Origin: Cyanophora paradoxa CCMP329
Taxonomy: Eukaryota; Plantae; Glaucophyta
DNA length: 64,000 nucleotides
Reading direction: 5' to 3'
Assembly: GCA_004431415.1 (NCBI GenBank)
Contig: QPMI01000224.1
Coordinates: forward strand, 87,403 to 151,402
The notes beneath the pieces are model-generated. The model had not been told where the DNA came from. It was given only the letters and a program-made list of their open reading frames with translations, and searched no databases. Position 1 is the first letter of the stretch. Each line of letters begins with the position of its first letter. Shown piece by piece: positions 35,333-48,600 of this stretch. The translations under genes were made by a program, and so were the position numbers.

Positions 35333-35802
35333 CGCGCCGCTGTCAGCTCGACTTTGCGCCAATTTTCAGATATCCCGCTTCAAGCGTTCAATGCAGGTGC
35401 AGATAGCTAGTTACGAGCGAGCGAGCTCGAGTTTGCGCGCCACCAGAGGCTGAGGTGACAGTACCCCCTGCAAGTCCGGATCCGGAGCAGCGCTCGATCG
35501 GCTTCGAGATACTCTGAAGTAGATCATTTTCACGCTGGGGTTTTGCGCACGCTTGAGAGCTTGCGGTCTTGCTTGCAAACGCGCAGATAGCCCGTGGGTG
35601 CATGCCAAAAAACGTGGGTTCTTTTTGTACCTTGATCTGAGGCTAAACTCAACAAACTAGAAAACGCGTCACTCGTCACAACCTCTACCCCGCTCAGCCT
35701 GTCACGAAAAAGGGAATTAAAATAATTCCGCGCGGCGCGGAGGGGGGGACTTTTTGAACGTGCACCGGACCAAACCGCGCAGCTCGCATACGGCAGCCTT
35801 AG

Positions 35803-36360
<558 letters not shown>

Positions 36361-36883
36361 AGCCTCTGGTTCCTTCCTACGGTGTTTTCTAAACACCTCT
36401 TTCTCCTCTTCTACCCGAGAAGCGCGTGTCCTTCCTGGGCGCGCGCGTTCACCGGGGCTTGGGGACTGGGCAGCTTCGGGGAGCTACTCGTTAGCCGCGT
36501 TTCCACGGGCTATCTCTCCTGGTGTTCGTTTGTTCTTCCTGGGCGCGCGCTCGCGTTGCGATGCGGCTTCTCCTTTTGCAAGCCTTGGGGGCGGAAGCCC
36601 TCCTGGTAGAGCAGGCCCGCCCGCACGGGTCAGTCCGATTTCGAGCTTCGGTTTTTGATTTCGATCTCGTCGTCAGGTTGCCAATGATGTCCAGAATCCT
36701 GATGTCGTCGATCGCGTCTGAAATGCCACCTGCCTATTTCGGCCGGCCAGTCAACAGCGAGCGAACATGCCCATGATTTGTTTTGTGTGTCACGCGCTCG
36801 CATGCCCTGGAGGCTGCAGCGTTGCGAGCGCTAGCGCTAGCTATAGGGCAAGGGGCGACGTGGGCATGGGGCACATTCTCTCT

Positions 36884-38891
36884 TTACGAAAGCCCTCGCA
36901 CAGGCACTGGGGGAACGGAAACGGGAATCGAAGTCCAAGAGCGATTATGTGCCAGGATGGATGATGATGAAGCCGTCCTGTCTCCTTTAAGAGCACGGGC
37001 AGCTCCTGCTGCTGCACCTGCAGCAGCTGCTGCTGAGCCCGCTCGCTCCGGGGCCGGAGGAGGAACTCCCCAGTGCCGGGACTCGCTGACAGATTTGAAA
37101 CGTTCGTAAGCATCGGCCGGTGTGGACGCCCCGGCCGGATTTGTGCCAGAAGGGCCACCGGGCTGCGTTGGAGGGGCCGAGGCTGCTCTGCGTGATGCTC
37201 TTGAAGGACCTGGGGTAACTGCACCAGGACCCGCTGGGGCTGTGGCTGCTGTGCTTGCGGCAGACGCGGCACGGAACTGATTGACTTGTGGTGCCGCGAA
37301 ATTAGAGTTCCTGCTGAGTGTTATGGTACATGGGAGGAGAATGCATGTACAAGCAGCAAACCAGATTGAAAGAAGGTTTTCGAACTCATTCGCGCCTAGC
37401 GCACTTGTCACCGGCTTCTCGAAGCCCTCGCTTCCTGGGGATGCGGATCGCACAGTTGTCAGCTGTTCAATCCTCTTTCTGTGGTGCTCAAGTCTCCGTT
37501 CTGCCTCAAGAGCTTTCCTCTTCCAGCTGTGCAATCGAGGTCATCAATTGGGATTGCATGCTGTGCAAAACAAACCGGACAACTTCTTGTTCACGTGAAT
37601 TGTATTCTTGTATCACTTTCTCCAAGCCTGCTCGTGTTCTCTCCAACTCTCCAGTAAGCATCTGATAGGAGAAGTAAGCAGCAATTTGGTAATGCATCCG
37701 ACGGGAGCCGGGGACCGTTATGGCCTGTTCGGCTGCAGCAGATGACGATGCTTGTGCCGACAAAGTCCCTGTTGTTGTTCCAGAAGCAAGCTGAAGTTTC
37801 CTCTCTGCTTCAGCAAGCTTTCCTTTCAGCACTGCAGCTTTCCGTGTCTCCTCCATGGCAATCTTCTTCTCAATCTCAAGTTCAGATTTCTGGTAAAAAA
37901 ATCAATATCAGAAAAGACGGGCACAGAAAAGCTTCGCACTATGCGGTTGTGGGCGTCCTTAAGCTGGTTGTAGCAGACGAGCACATGGTCTGTGGGCGCA
38001 CTTGAGCAGATGATCAGCTCAAAACTAAATTGGAGGTACCAGCATGCTTCTCACTTGCATCCAACTTCTCCTGAAGCGCCCTAAAGAAGACAAAGAGATG
38101 AGAAGCTGCTAACAGCCAACAAAGAGCGCATAGAGTTCAGCAGACCTGGCGGTCTCAACAGCAATTTTACTCTCCTCGCTCATGGATTTCCAGACTTGTT
38201 CTTGTGCGTCATTCATCGCCTCCTTCACACGCGCACGAAACTCCTGCACATCAAGTACGTATAGTACGTATGGCGTTCAGTGGTGCTCAATATGGACTGT
38301 GTGCCAGGGGAAAATACCTGCTCCAGGAGGTATCGATGCCTGGTCTGTTCGCCATCGCGCTCAGATATGTAATCGTCCAACCTCCTTTCGAGCTCTTGCC
38401 TAGCAGTCTGACCAAAGGATCAACAATGATTTAGAGCTCGCTGCAGAGTGTCGCAGCACCTCACTTGCACGCAGCTCCGCTCGGACCTTCTCCAGCTGGT
38501 CCTCATAGCCACGAAGAACCCGGCACTCCTCAATTAACCGGTCGTTCTCAAGCTCGAGCAATCGGATTCGGTGGGACTTCTCGGCTTCCAGCGTTGCCCA
38601 CTGCTGGCTCTCGCTGTCAAGCTTCAGGTCGAAATCCGAGACGAGTCGGTCGCGCTCTTCTGTCAGTCGCCTGCACGGGGAATGCTTAGCTTCGCGCACG
38701 TGCGAGGCGGGGCATACGAGCCTGATCGTCTCGTCTTTCTCGCCATTGACCTGCGCAGCCGGTGAGGGCGCCGAGGGCGCAGGCGCGGGGCGCTGCATGC
38801 GCACCGTTCTCAAGTACACTGCAAGTAACCTTTCCTCCTCGAGCCTCCGCCTCAACTGTACGACCTCTGACTCGCCGCCTGCGGCAGCCAT
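36884..38891 (-). CDS. Uncharacterised coiled-coil protein with a low-complexity C-terminus, multi-exon
   Basis: Heptad-rich ORF fragments (VVQLRRRLEEERLL, IRLLELENDRLIEE, LKGKLAEAERKLQ, ALEAERRLEHHRKRIEQL) linked by short introns. Confidence 0.7.
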
Positions 38892-39285
38892 AGCTAGTGC
38901 CTCGAGCGCTGCTTTTGCTGCTCAGTGCTGTTGGGGGCCGCGGCACTGCAGGACCTGCAGAAGCTAGCTTTGGGAATTGTCAGCTGCGGGGGAGATAGCT
39001 CACTGAAGATGGAGACCACGCGCTGGCTGCCCTTGTTCAATGGGTTAGCTTCTGGCCGCTGCTCACTGTTAGGGGCCGCGGAGCCAGAGGACTCGCTCTG
39101 CGCATGCAGGCTGGAGGGATGCTTGTGACCCCCGCTTGTATGGGACTGTACCCGGCATCGCCAGTCCACTGAGTCCAGGCTGTCCAGCCTGTCCAGCTAG
39201 GAACCCCCTGGCAGTCCTGTTTACTGTCCACTGAGTCTAGGCCCAGGCTCGCGGCGTACCCGCGCTGCGTCCGACAGGCACAGCG

Positions 39286-40416
39286 ATGCCAGTCGAAGCG
39301 AACGCGAATGCGCCGGAAGAAGAGCAGCTCGAGCGACGCCCCGAGACGCCGTCAGAAGCAGCGCCCGCGCAGCAGGCGGACGACGAAGAGGCCGACGGCC
39401 AGCGCGCGACAAGCGGCGATGAAGATGACCTCGACTTCGAGGACGAAGGGCTCGATCGGCCCGCCCCGACAGCCATGGAAATTGCCGCCTTCGCCCGCTA
39501 TCTTGGTGCCGTGCCACCACCTGTGCCGCGCGAGTCCGCTGCTGCTGACGGCGATTCGCAACGTAGGCATGGATCCCGTCACAGACTGCCATTTATTATG
39601 GATAGCGGAAGAAGCGCTCTCGGCGCCGTTGCCGGACGAATATGAGGAGCACCTGGACGAGGAAGGGAAGGTCTATTACTATAACACGGAGACGGACGTG
39701 AGCCAAAGAGAGCACCCTCTTGACAGCCACTATAGGTGCCCAGCTTGCCGAGCGCCGGCCGAGCTCTGCAAGAACGCCACGGCAGGGATTTGTACCTGCA
39801 GATGAAGCAGCATGAAGAGACAGATCCAGAGGGTGGAGAGGGGGAAGCGGCCGCGGAAGCAGCAGCCGAGGGCAAGCAGGAGGAGAGCGCGCAGGATGGC
39901 GGGCAGGCGATCGGCGGCGGCGCGAAGAACGAGCGGACGGCACCCGCGGCAGGTGTGACGCACCGCAAGAAGCTCGCGGCGGCGGGCGAGGCGGCGAAGG
40001 AGGCAGCGGCGGGCCCCAGCGGCGAGGCGGGCGGGGCCGCAGCGGCAGCGGCGGCAACGGCGGCAGATGGCCGCGGGGCGGGTGAGGAGCAGCAGAGCGA
40101 GCGGCGGGGCGTGCTGGCGCGGGCGCGTACAGTGACAGCGGATCTTCTATGCTTAATTTATCTCTTCTACTATGCGACGCAGGTCCGCTTAAACGCGTCG
40201 CCGGGGCCGCGTGGTCGCGGGGACGGCCGGGGCTGGGGCTGACGGCGGGCGGGGGCGCAGAAGCCGCAGCAGTACGCAGCGCTCGTGGTCGTTGTCTGGC
40301 TCTACTTATTCTTCCGCGTCACTCGCGCCGTCCTCGCCCGTATTCTCCGTCTTCTCCTTGCGCCCGACAACGCCTCCGCCTCCGCCCCCGCCCCATACAA
40401 GTCCAAAACATCCTAG
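39286..40416 (+). CDS. Small protein with a CEP164-type N-terminal module and degenerate WW domain plus C-terminal hydrophobic segments
   Basis: EIAAFARYLG|MDPVTDCHLLWIAEEALSAPLPDEYEEHLDEEGKVYYYNTETDVSQREHPLDSHYR matches the CEP164-N pattern. Last exons: LLCLIYLFYYATQ|KPQQYAALVVVVWLYLFFRV...KTS*. Confidence 0.72.
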
Positions 40417-40455
40417 CGTCCTCTCCACCCTCCTTGCTCTCGCACCGCATCCCTC

Positions 40456-40456
<1 letters not shown>

Positions 40457-40495
<39 letters not shown>

Positions 40496-40520
40496 CGCGC
40501 GCGCACACACACACACACGC
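40457..40520. repeat. Poly-C tract (38 nt) followed by (GC)n(AC)n microsatellite
   Basis: Direct reading: C38 at 40457-40494, then gcgcgcgcgcacacacacacacac. Confidence 0.95.
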
Positions 40521-40778
40521 ACCCCTTCCTCCCTCCCTCCTGCTCCCTTCCTTGCCCCTCCCTCCCTTTCTTGCCCCCGCGCTGTGACTGAGACAGAGAT
40601 CCACGCATGGCAAGGTGAAAGATCGTTCTGTATTGAGGTTGATTATGCAGAGACAGGGCTCAAACTCGAGAGTCTAAAACGGTAATACGCATAGGATAGG
40701 GAAAAAATTGGCGAAAAGGGATAGGGAAGCTAAGGGAACGCGTAGAATGACCGCCGGAGAGGGGGCTGAGGGCTCGCC

Positions 40779-42450
40779 CTAGTGCGGGGCGGGTATCTCG
40801 TTGCAGGAGTGCTCGTGGCGCCAGTGCATGTACAAAGCCATGGTCTCGTGCCACGTTGCGGCGGCGGCACAGACGAGGAGGTGCCAGATGTTGTGCGAGT
40901 GGAACTGCCCCGCGAGCTCAGCGCGAGCGGGGGCTCGAGTTGACGGGGGCTCGCACCGCGTAGTCGAACCAGCCCGGGAAGAAGCGCTCTGGGGCGTGCG
41001 AGAGGTAGACGACGAAGCCTGCGGGGCGCGTCGGGGGCCGGGGGCGGGCGGCGGGGAGGCGAGGCGGGCGGACCGAGGCCGTAGTAGGCGTACATGGAGA
41101 GAACGCCGGAGAGGAACATCTCGACCTCGGGGGAGGGGTCGGGGGGAGGCCGTGCCGGGGAGGCGGGGGAGCCTACCTCGATGCCGTGCGGGCCCTTGAT
41201 CACGAACCAGTGGATGCAAGGGAGCACGCCGCTGATCGCCAGGCCCCCCAAGATCGCCGCGCGCACGCCCTTGTACTCCGGCTTCTGGAAGCTGCGGGCG
41301 CGTGAGGGGGGCCGGCGCCGAGACGGCGCGCAGCGCTCGCGGTCGCGCCTGGAGATGAAGGGCATGACGGCGGCGGCGAAGGAGAGGGAGCAGATGGCGA
41401 AGAGGTAGATGCGGCGGGCCCAGCCCTCGCAGTAGAACCCGTAGGTGAGCCCCGGCACGAACGAGCCGGCGATCAGCACGATGATCCCGATGATGTCCAC
41501 CTGCCGTCCCGTCGCCCCCGCGCCGCGGGGGGAGGCGGCCGGTCCCCGCACCGAGAAGAGGGTGTCGTGAATCTCCTCGGAGCAGCAGTTGAAGAGATGG
41601 AAGACGGCGCTGCAGACGGCGCTCACGACAGGAAGACGCAGAGGAAGACGATCAGAAGCTCAGACCTGTTGAAGAAGCAGACGCAGGCGCTCACGAGGAA
41701 GACGAGGAAGGCGACCGTGTCCTGCCACGCCGCCCCCGACATGTAGCGCGAGTCCCCCGCCACCTCCACCGCCCGGTACGCGAAGAAGAAAAACGGCAGC
41801 AGGTGCGTCCACACGTTCAGCGTCTGCGCCCCATGGTACGTGAGCATCTTCGCTCGCTGGCCGGGGCGCGCGGGGCGAGGGGCACGCCTCATTGTGCAGC
41901 GTGAACGCGGAAGCGATACAGTCGAAAAAGCCGTAGTGGAGACGATACCCGCGATGCACGAATTTGTACACCTGCCACTCCGGCGCTTGATCGATTCTGT
42001 GTACGGGCGTGAGCAGGACTGGAAATGAAGGGGACTTGCGCACGTCACAAGTCTTGCGCAAAGCCGACGCGGCTTGTCCTCCTCCTCTGCGTCCAGCAGA
42101 AGGTCTTCCTCGATGTCTCCGTGCTTTTTTGGCGACGGGTGAATCTGGCTACATAGCGCGCCCGCCCAGCGCGAGGTCGACGACATGGCGCTCGCCTCGC
42201 GCCTGCTGTCTACGTCGTCGTGCCTGCCGTCCGATTCGTCTGCCACAGGGGGGCGCGGTGGTCTGCCGTCCGAAGCCAGAGCGGTGGTCGAGGTCGGGGG
42301 CGAGCGGCTCGTGCTCACAGGGGTTGCCGCGCGGCTTCCGGGATTCGAGCGAGACTCGCTGTCACTGGCGCTCGCGCGCTTTTGCAGTCGGCTGCTGCGG
42401 CGGACGGCGTCCAGAACACTTCGACTCGAGGCGGGGGGCGCGAGACTCAT
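40779..42450 (-). CDS. PAQR/HlyIII (adiponectin receptor-like) 7TM protein, multi-exon
   Basis: FVHRGYR, FTLHNE|TLNVWTHL, SAVFHLFNCCSE, VDIIGIIVLIAGSFVPGLTYGFYC, PERFFPG, FHSHNIWHLLV. Confidence 0.93.
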
Positions 42451-42697
42451 GCCGCCGGCAAGCGGGATGGGGGGAGCCGATTACTTGCTCACGGGCGGCT
42501 GAAGCCGGGAGCGCTTGCGCGGCGGTTTCGCCCTTGACTGGATTCTCGGGGGGTACGCGCAATTTGGCTTCAAACTGCGCGGGAATCCGACGCTCGGCAG
42601 CAGCAAGGAGCACGCGGCGCTCAGCACGCGCGTAGCGGGCTTCAGAGGATCGGCAGCTCAGCAGCTGCGGCCCCTGTTTGCAGCCGGACCGCGGACG

Positions 42698-45600
42698 CAT
42701 GGGCAAAAAGCCGGGCGTGCGCTACGAGGGGAGCTCGGGCGGAGGCGGGCGCGGAGGGCGCGGAGGGCGCGGGGGAGGTCGCGGAGGAGGTCGAGGAGGC
42801 GGTTCCTCCTTCCAGGAACGTGCGAACCGCGCCGCGGCAAGCGGTCGTTTCCTCAAGCGTCCGGCTGGACGCTTCGGCAAGGACGGGGACGATGGCGGCT
42901 CCAGCAGCGACGACGAGCGCAAGCGTAATGATCTGGAAGAGGACACGCGCCCGCGCTCCAGTGGCGCAAAACTCCCCCGGCGTTCCCGCGAGGAAGAGAA
43001 CGCGATGGACGCCATGTTCGGTTTCCCGCAGCACCTTGGCGCCGAAGCGCGTCTTGGGTGGCTTATGAACCTGCGCCCTGTACGCCGCCCCTGCGCGCCT
43101 TCAAGCGGCGACCATGACCCACCGCACGCAGGCATCCGAGAACGACGACACGGGCGTGAAGCACGCCGTGCTGGATCTCTACTTCATGCAGCAGGTGAGA
43201 ATAAGTCGTTGTCGCGCGTGGGGCGGCTTCCGACGGGCGTGCAGGACGGCGGCTCGTTCAAGGCCTGCCTACGGTACGAGCCGTACTTCTACGTGGGCGT
43301 GAAGGTCGGCGCGGCGCGCTCGGCAGTAGAAGAAGGGAGCTGACAGCGGCGGGGGCAGGACAAGTCGGACGTGCGGGAGGTGGAGGCGGCGCTGCGGCGC
43401 CGGTACGAGCGCGAGCTCTCCACAATCGCTGTCGTCGAGAAGGAGGACATGGACCTCGTGCGCTCCGGGCGGCGTGGCGGCCTTCGCTGCCGCGATTGAG
43501 CGGGGCCGCAGCTCAACCACCTGGCGGGCCTGCGGCGGGAGTACATCAAGCTCTCGTTCCGGAGCGTCGACGACCTCATGGCCGTCCGCAAGGTCCGCCG
43601 CCCGCCGCACCGCCTCCCCCGCACGACGGCAACGGGGCGCAGACGCTCAAGCCTCTGGTGGACAAGAACCGGAAGGAGGCCGCCTCCTCGGTCGCCGAGG
43701 CGAGCGCCCTCGTCCACGGGTGCGGGGCTCGCCCGCGCGCGGCGCGCGGGGTGAGGGCCGAGGGCTCGCGCAGGAAGAACCTGGGGCGGCGCGGGGACGC
43801 GATGGACCAGCTGATTGACCTGCGGGAGTACGACGTGCCGTACCACGTCCGCGTCGCCATCGACTGCGGTGCGCCGCGCCCCTCCCGCGGCGGCACGGGG
43901 CGAGCGGGGCGGCAGACGTGCGGGTCGGCTACTGGTACGAGGTCCGCTGCGTCGAGGGCGTCACGAGCGTCAAGCACCGGTGCGCCGGACTCGCGTGCGG
44001 GCCGCCACGGGGGCCGAGCGGCGGGGCAGGGAGGACCTGGTGGAGCGGCCGGAGCCGAAGATCGTGGCGTTCGATATCGAGACGACGAAGGCGCCGCTCA
44101 AGTTCCCCGACGCGAGCGAGGACGAGATCATGATGATCTCGTACATGCTCGACAAGAAGGGCTTCCTCATCGTCAACCGCGCCATCGTCTCCGAGGACAT
44201 CCAGAACTTCGGGTTCGCGCCCAGCAAGGAGTACGAGCCGGACGGTGCGGGCGGCCGGCGCGCGCGGGGGCGGGGCGGGGCCGACGGGGCGTGCAGGGGA
44301 CTTCACCGTGCTGAACGAGAAGGACGAGAAGGCGCTGCTCGAGTGCTGGTTCGAGCACATGCGGCGCGCCCGCCCGGCCATCTACGTCACCTTCAACGGC
44401 GACTTCTTCGACTGGCCCTTCATCGACGCCCGCGCCCGCCACCACGGCATGTCCATGCACGACCTCATCGGCTTCTACTACGACCCCGTCCGCCCCTCGC
44501 CCCGCCGCGGCGCCCGAGCCGGCGGGCGCTTGCCGACGCGGCGCGCCGGCAGGAGGAGAAGCAGTGCAAGAGCCGCTACGCGAGCCACATGGACGCGTTC
44601 TGCTGGGTGAAGCGCGACTCGTACCTGCCGCAGGGCTCGCAGGGCCTCAAGGCGGTGGCCAAGGCGAAGCTGGGGTACGACCCGCACGAGCTGGACCCCG
44701 AGAAGATGGTCGCGTTCGCCCGCGAGAGGCCCCAGGAGCTCGCCGAGTACTCCGTCTCCGACGCCGTCGCCACTTGGTTCCTGTGCGGCCCCGCCCGCCC
44801 CGCCCCGCCCCGCGCCCCCCGCCCCTCACGCCACGCAGCTACGCCAAGTACGTCCACCCCTTCATCTTCTCCCTCTGCACCATCATCCCCATGTCCCCGG
44901 ACGAGGCGCGGCCCCCCCAACCCCGCCCAGGGCGCCGAGGCGTGATGCGGGCGGCAGGTCCTGCGGAAGGGGTCGGGGACGCTGTGCGAGACGCTGCTGA
45001 TGGTGCAGGCGTTCAAGGGGGGAATCGTGTGCCCCAACAAGCACCAGGACGCGGACGAGAAGTGGCACGCGGGGCACCTGCTCGAGTCGGAGACGTACGT
45101 CGGGGCGCAGGTGGAGGCCCTCGAGTCGGGCATCTTCCGCTCCGACATCCCGTGCCGCTTCCGGCTCGTGCCGGAGGCCTTCACGGAGCTCATCTCCAAG
45201 GTCGACCGCGACCTCGAGTTCGCCCTCGAGCAGGAGGGCCTCACCCGCGCCGACGCCACGAACTACGACCAGGCGCGCCCCCGCCGCCGCACGCCCCGCC
45301 GGGCCCCTCCTGAGGCCGCGCAGGTCCGGAGCGAGATCGTGGCGAAGCTGGAGGCGCTGCGGGAGCGGCCGCTGCGGGAGGAGGAGCCGCTCATCTACCA
45401 CCTCGACGTCGCCGCCATGTACCCCAACATCATCCTCACGAACCGCCTCCAGCCGCACGCCGTCGTCACCGAGGACCGCTGCGCCGCCTGCGAGCACAAC
45501 CACAAGAGCAACATGTCCGCCCGCCCCCTCGAGCCCGCCCCGGCGCCCCGCGTGACGCGGCGCGCGCAGGTGCAAGCGGGAGATGGAGTGGGTGTGGCGG

Positions 45601-48600
45601 GCGGAGTACTTCATGGCGACGCGGAACGACTACGCGACGCTGCGGGCGCAGCTGGAGAGCGAGCGGCTGCAGGACGAGCACGGGGCGCGCGAGTACCGGC
45701 ACCTGCCCGAGGCGGAGAAGAAGGAGCTGCTGCTGAAGCGCGTCAAGACCTTCTCCCGCACCGCCTACAAGAAGATCCACGAGGAGGTCCTCGAGAAGCG
45801 CACCGCCACCGTGCGCGCCGCCCCGCGCCCCGCCCCGGCCCCCGCCCCGGCGGCCCCGCGACGGGGCGGGCAGATCTGCATGCGGGAGAACCCGTTCTAC
45901 ATCAACACGGTGCGGGCCTTCACGGTGCGCCGCTACGAGTACAAGGGCCTCCACAAGCAGTGGAAGAAGAAGCTCGACGAGGCCGTCAAGTCCGGCGTGC
46001 GCGCCCCGCTTCCGCGCGGCGCCCTCGGGGGCCGAGCGGGGGCGGGGGCGCAGAGCGCGGCGAAGACGCAGGAGGGGGCGGCGATGGTGGTCCTCTACGA
46101 CTCGCTGCAGCTGGCGCACAAGTGCATCCTCAACTCGTTCTACGGCTACGTGATGCGCAAGGCCGCCCGCTGGTACTCCATGGAGATGGCCGGCGTCGTC
46201 TGCCACACCGGCGTCCAGATCATCACCCTCGCCCGCCGCCTCGTCGAGCAAGTCGGCCGCGTCCGCCCCGCCCCGCCCCTCCCCCTCCCCCCGCCCGCGC
46301 CCCACGCGGCAGCAGCCCCTCGAGCTCGACACGGACGGCATCTGGTGCATGCTGCCGGGCTCCTTCCCCGAGAACTTCGAGCTCGTCACGGTGCACCCGG
46401 CCCGGCTCCGCCCGGCCCCGCCCCGTTTGCACGTCTCAGCGGCCGACTCGGCGCCGCGCAGAACAACCCGAAGAAGGCAAAAGTGACGGTCTCGTACCCC
46501 TGCGCGATGCTCAATGCGGACGTGCAGGCCAACTTCACGAACCACCAGTACCAGGTGCGCCCCCCCCCCCCCCTTCCCCCCCCCCCCCCTCCGCCGCCTC
46601 CTCCTCCCGGCGGGGCGGGGCCTGAGGGGTGGGCAGGACCTGGCGGACGCGCGGACGATGCGGTACGACCGGCGCTCGGAGTGCACGATCCTCTTCGAGG
46701 TGGACGGGCCGTACAAGGCGATGGTCCTCCCCGCCTCCAAGGAGGAGGGCAAGGTCATCAAGAAGCGCTACGCCGTCTTCAACCCGAACGGCTCCCTCGC
46801 CGAGCTCAAGGGCTTCGAGATGAAGCGCCGCGGCGAGCTCAAGCTCATCAAGCGCTTTCAGCAGGAGGCCCGCCCCGCGCCGCGCCCCCGCCGCCGCCCG
46901 CCCTGACCCCGCGGCAGGTCTTCGAGCGGTTCCTGGCGGGGAAGACGCTGGCGGAGTGCTACGGGGCGGTGGGCGAGGTGGCGAACACGTGGCTGGACAT
47001 CCTGGAGACGGAGGGGCGGGACTACGAGGACACGGAGGAGCTGCTCGAGCTCCTCTCCGAGTCCTCCACCATGAGCCGCTCCCTCGAGGACTACGGCCAG
47101 CAGAAGAGCTCCCCCATCACCACCGCCCGCCGCCTCGTCCGCGCCCCCGCCCGCCGCCGCCCCCGGCCCCGCGCCCCTCACGCCTCGCCCCGCAGGCCGA
47201 GTTCCTGGGCGCCTCGATGGTGAAGGACAAGGGCCTGAACTGTACGTACGTCATCTCGCGGCTCCCGCAGGGGGCGCCGGTCACGGAGCGGGCCGTCCCG
47301 ATCGCCATCTTCTCGGCGGAGGAGGCGGTGATGAAGCGGCACCTGCGCGCCTGGCTCAAGGACAGCTCGCTGGAGGACTTCGACCCCCGCTCCATCCTCG
47401 ACTGGGGCTACTACACCGAGCGCCTCGGCGGGGCCATCCAGAAGATCATCACCATCCCCGCTGCCATGCAGCACATCGAGAACCCCGTGCCCCGCGTGCC
47501 CCATCCCCCCTGGCTCAAGAAGCGCCTCCGGGAGAAGGACGACACCTTCCGCCAGGTGCGCCCGCCGCCCCGCCCCCGCGCCTGGCGCTGCGAAGCGAGC
47601 GGGGCGGGCGGCAGACGCGCATCAGCGAGATGTTCGGGAAGGTGGAGCGCAAGGCGGAGCCGGCGGTGGGCGACATGGAGGACTTCGGAGCCGCCACGCC
47701 AGCCCGCGCCGCCGGCGCCCGCGTCACGAAGCGCGTCCGCCGCGCCCCCGGCGACGACGCCGACGAGGGGATGCCGGACGCGCCGCCGGCGGAGGAGGCC
47801 CCGGCCGCGCCGGCGCCGGCGCCGGAGGCCGGGCCCTCGTCCCGCGCCCCGAAGCGCAAGGCGAAGGCGGCGCCGCGGCGGGAGCCGGTGCCGATCGAGG
47901 GGCCCGCCATCGACGAGGACTTCCGGGGCTGGCACACCGTGCGCCGGCCCGCCCGCGCGCTCCGCCCGCCCGCGCCCCAGCCTCGCCCGCAGGCGGCGAA
48001 GAAGCGCTGGCGGGAGATCCGGCGGGCGATGGCGCGCTGGAAGGAGGAGCAGTCCGCCGACGTGCGCTCCGCCGGGCCCCGGGCAACGGCGGCCGGCCGT
48101 GACGCGCTCGCGGCAGGTGTCGCCCGGGGGCCGGGCGGGGACGTCGGGGGGTGCGCCGGGGACGACCCTCGGGGCGCAGGCGAAGAAGCGGAGCCGGATC
48201 GACGAGTACATGCCGGCGGCGGGGAGCGTGCTGAAGGAGCACGCGTGGCACCTCCTCGAGGTCGCCACGACGGGCCTTCCCGGCGAGCTCCGCCTCTTCG
48301 CCTCCGTCGCCGGCTCCGCCTTCGCCCTCCGCCTCCGCGTGCCCCGCACCGTCTACGTCAACTGCCGCGAGCCGCGCGAGGAGGCCGGGTGGGCGCGCGC
48401 GAGCCTCCAGCTTCCCCACGGGCGCCCCTCGCTGCACCTCTACGAGGTCAGGGTGGACGAGGAGCGCTTCCACTCGGAGCAGATGCTCGCCTCCTGGCTC
48501 TCCGACCCCGCCGTCGAGGGCGTCTACGAGTCGGGCGTCCCCGCGCAGTTCCGCGCCCTCGCCCGCCTCGGCAACCTCGCCGCCCTCCAGGCGCGGGCCG

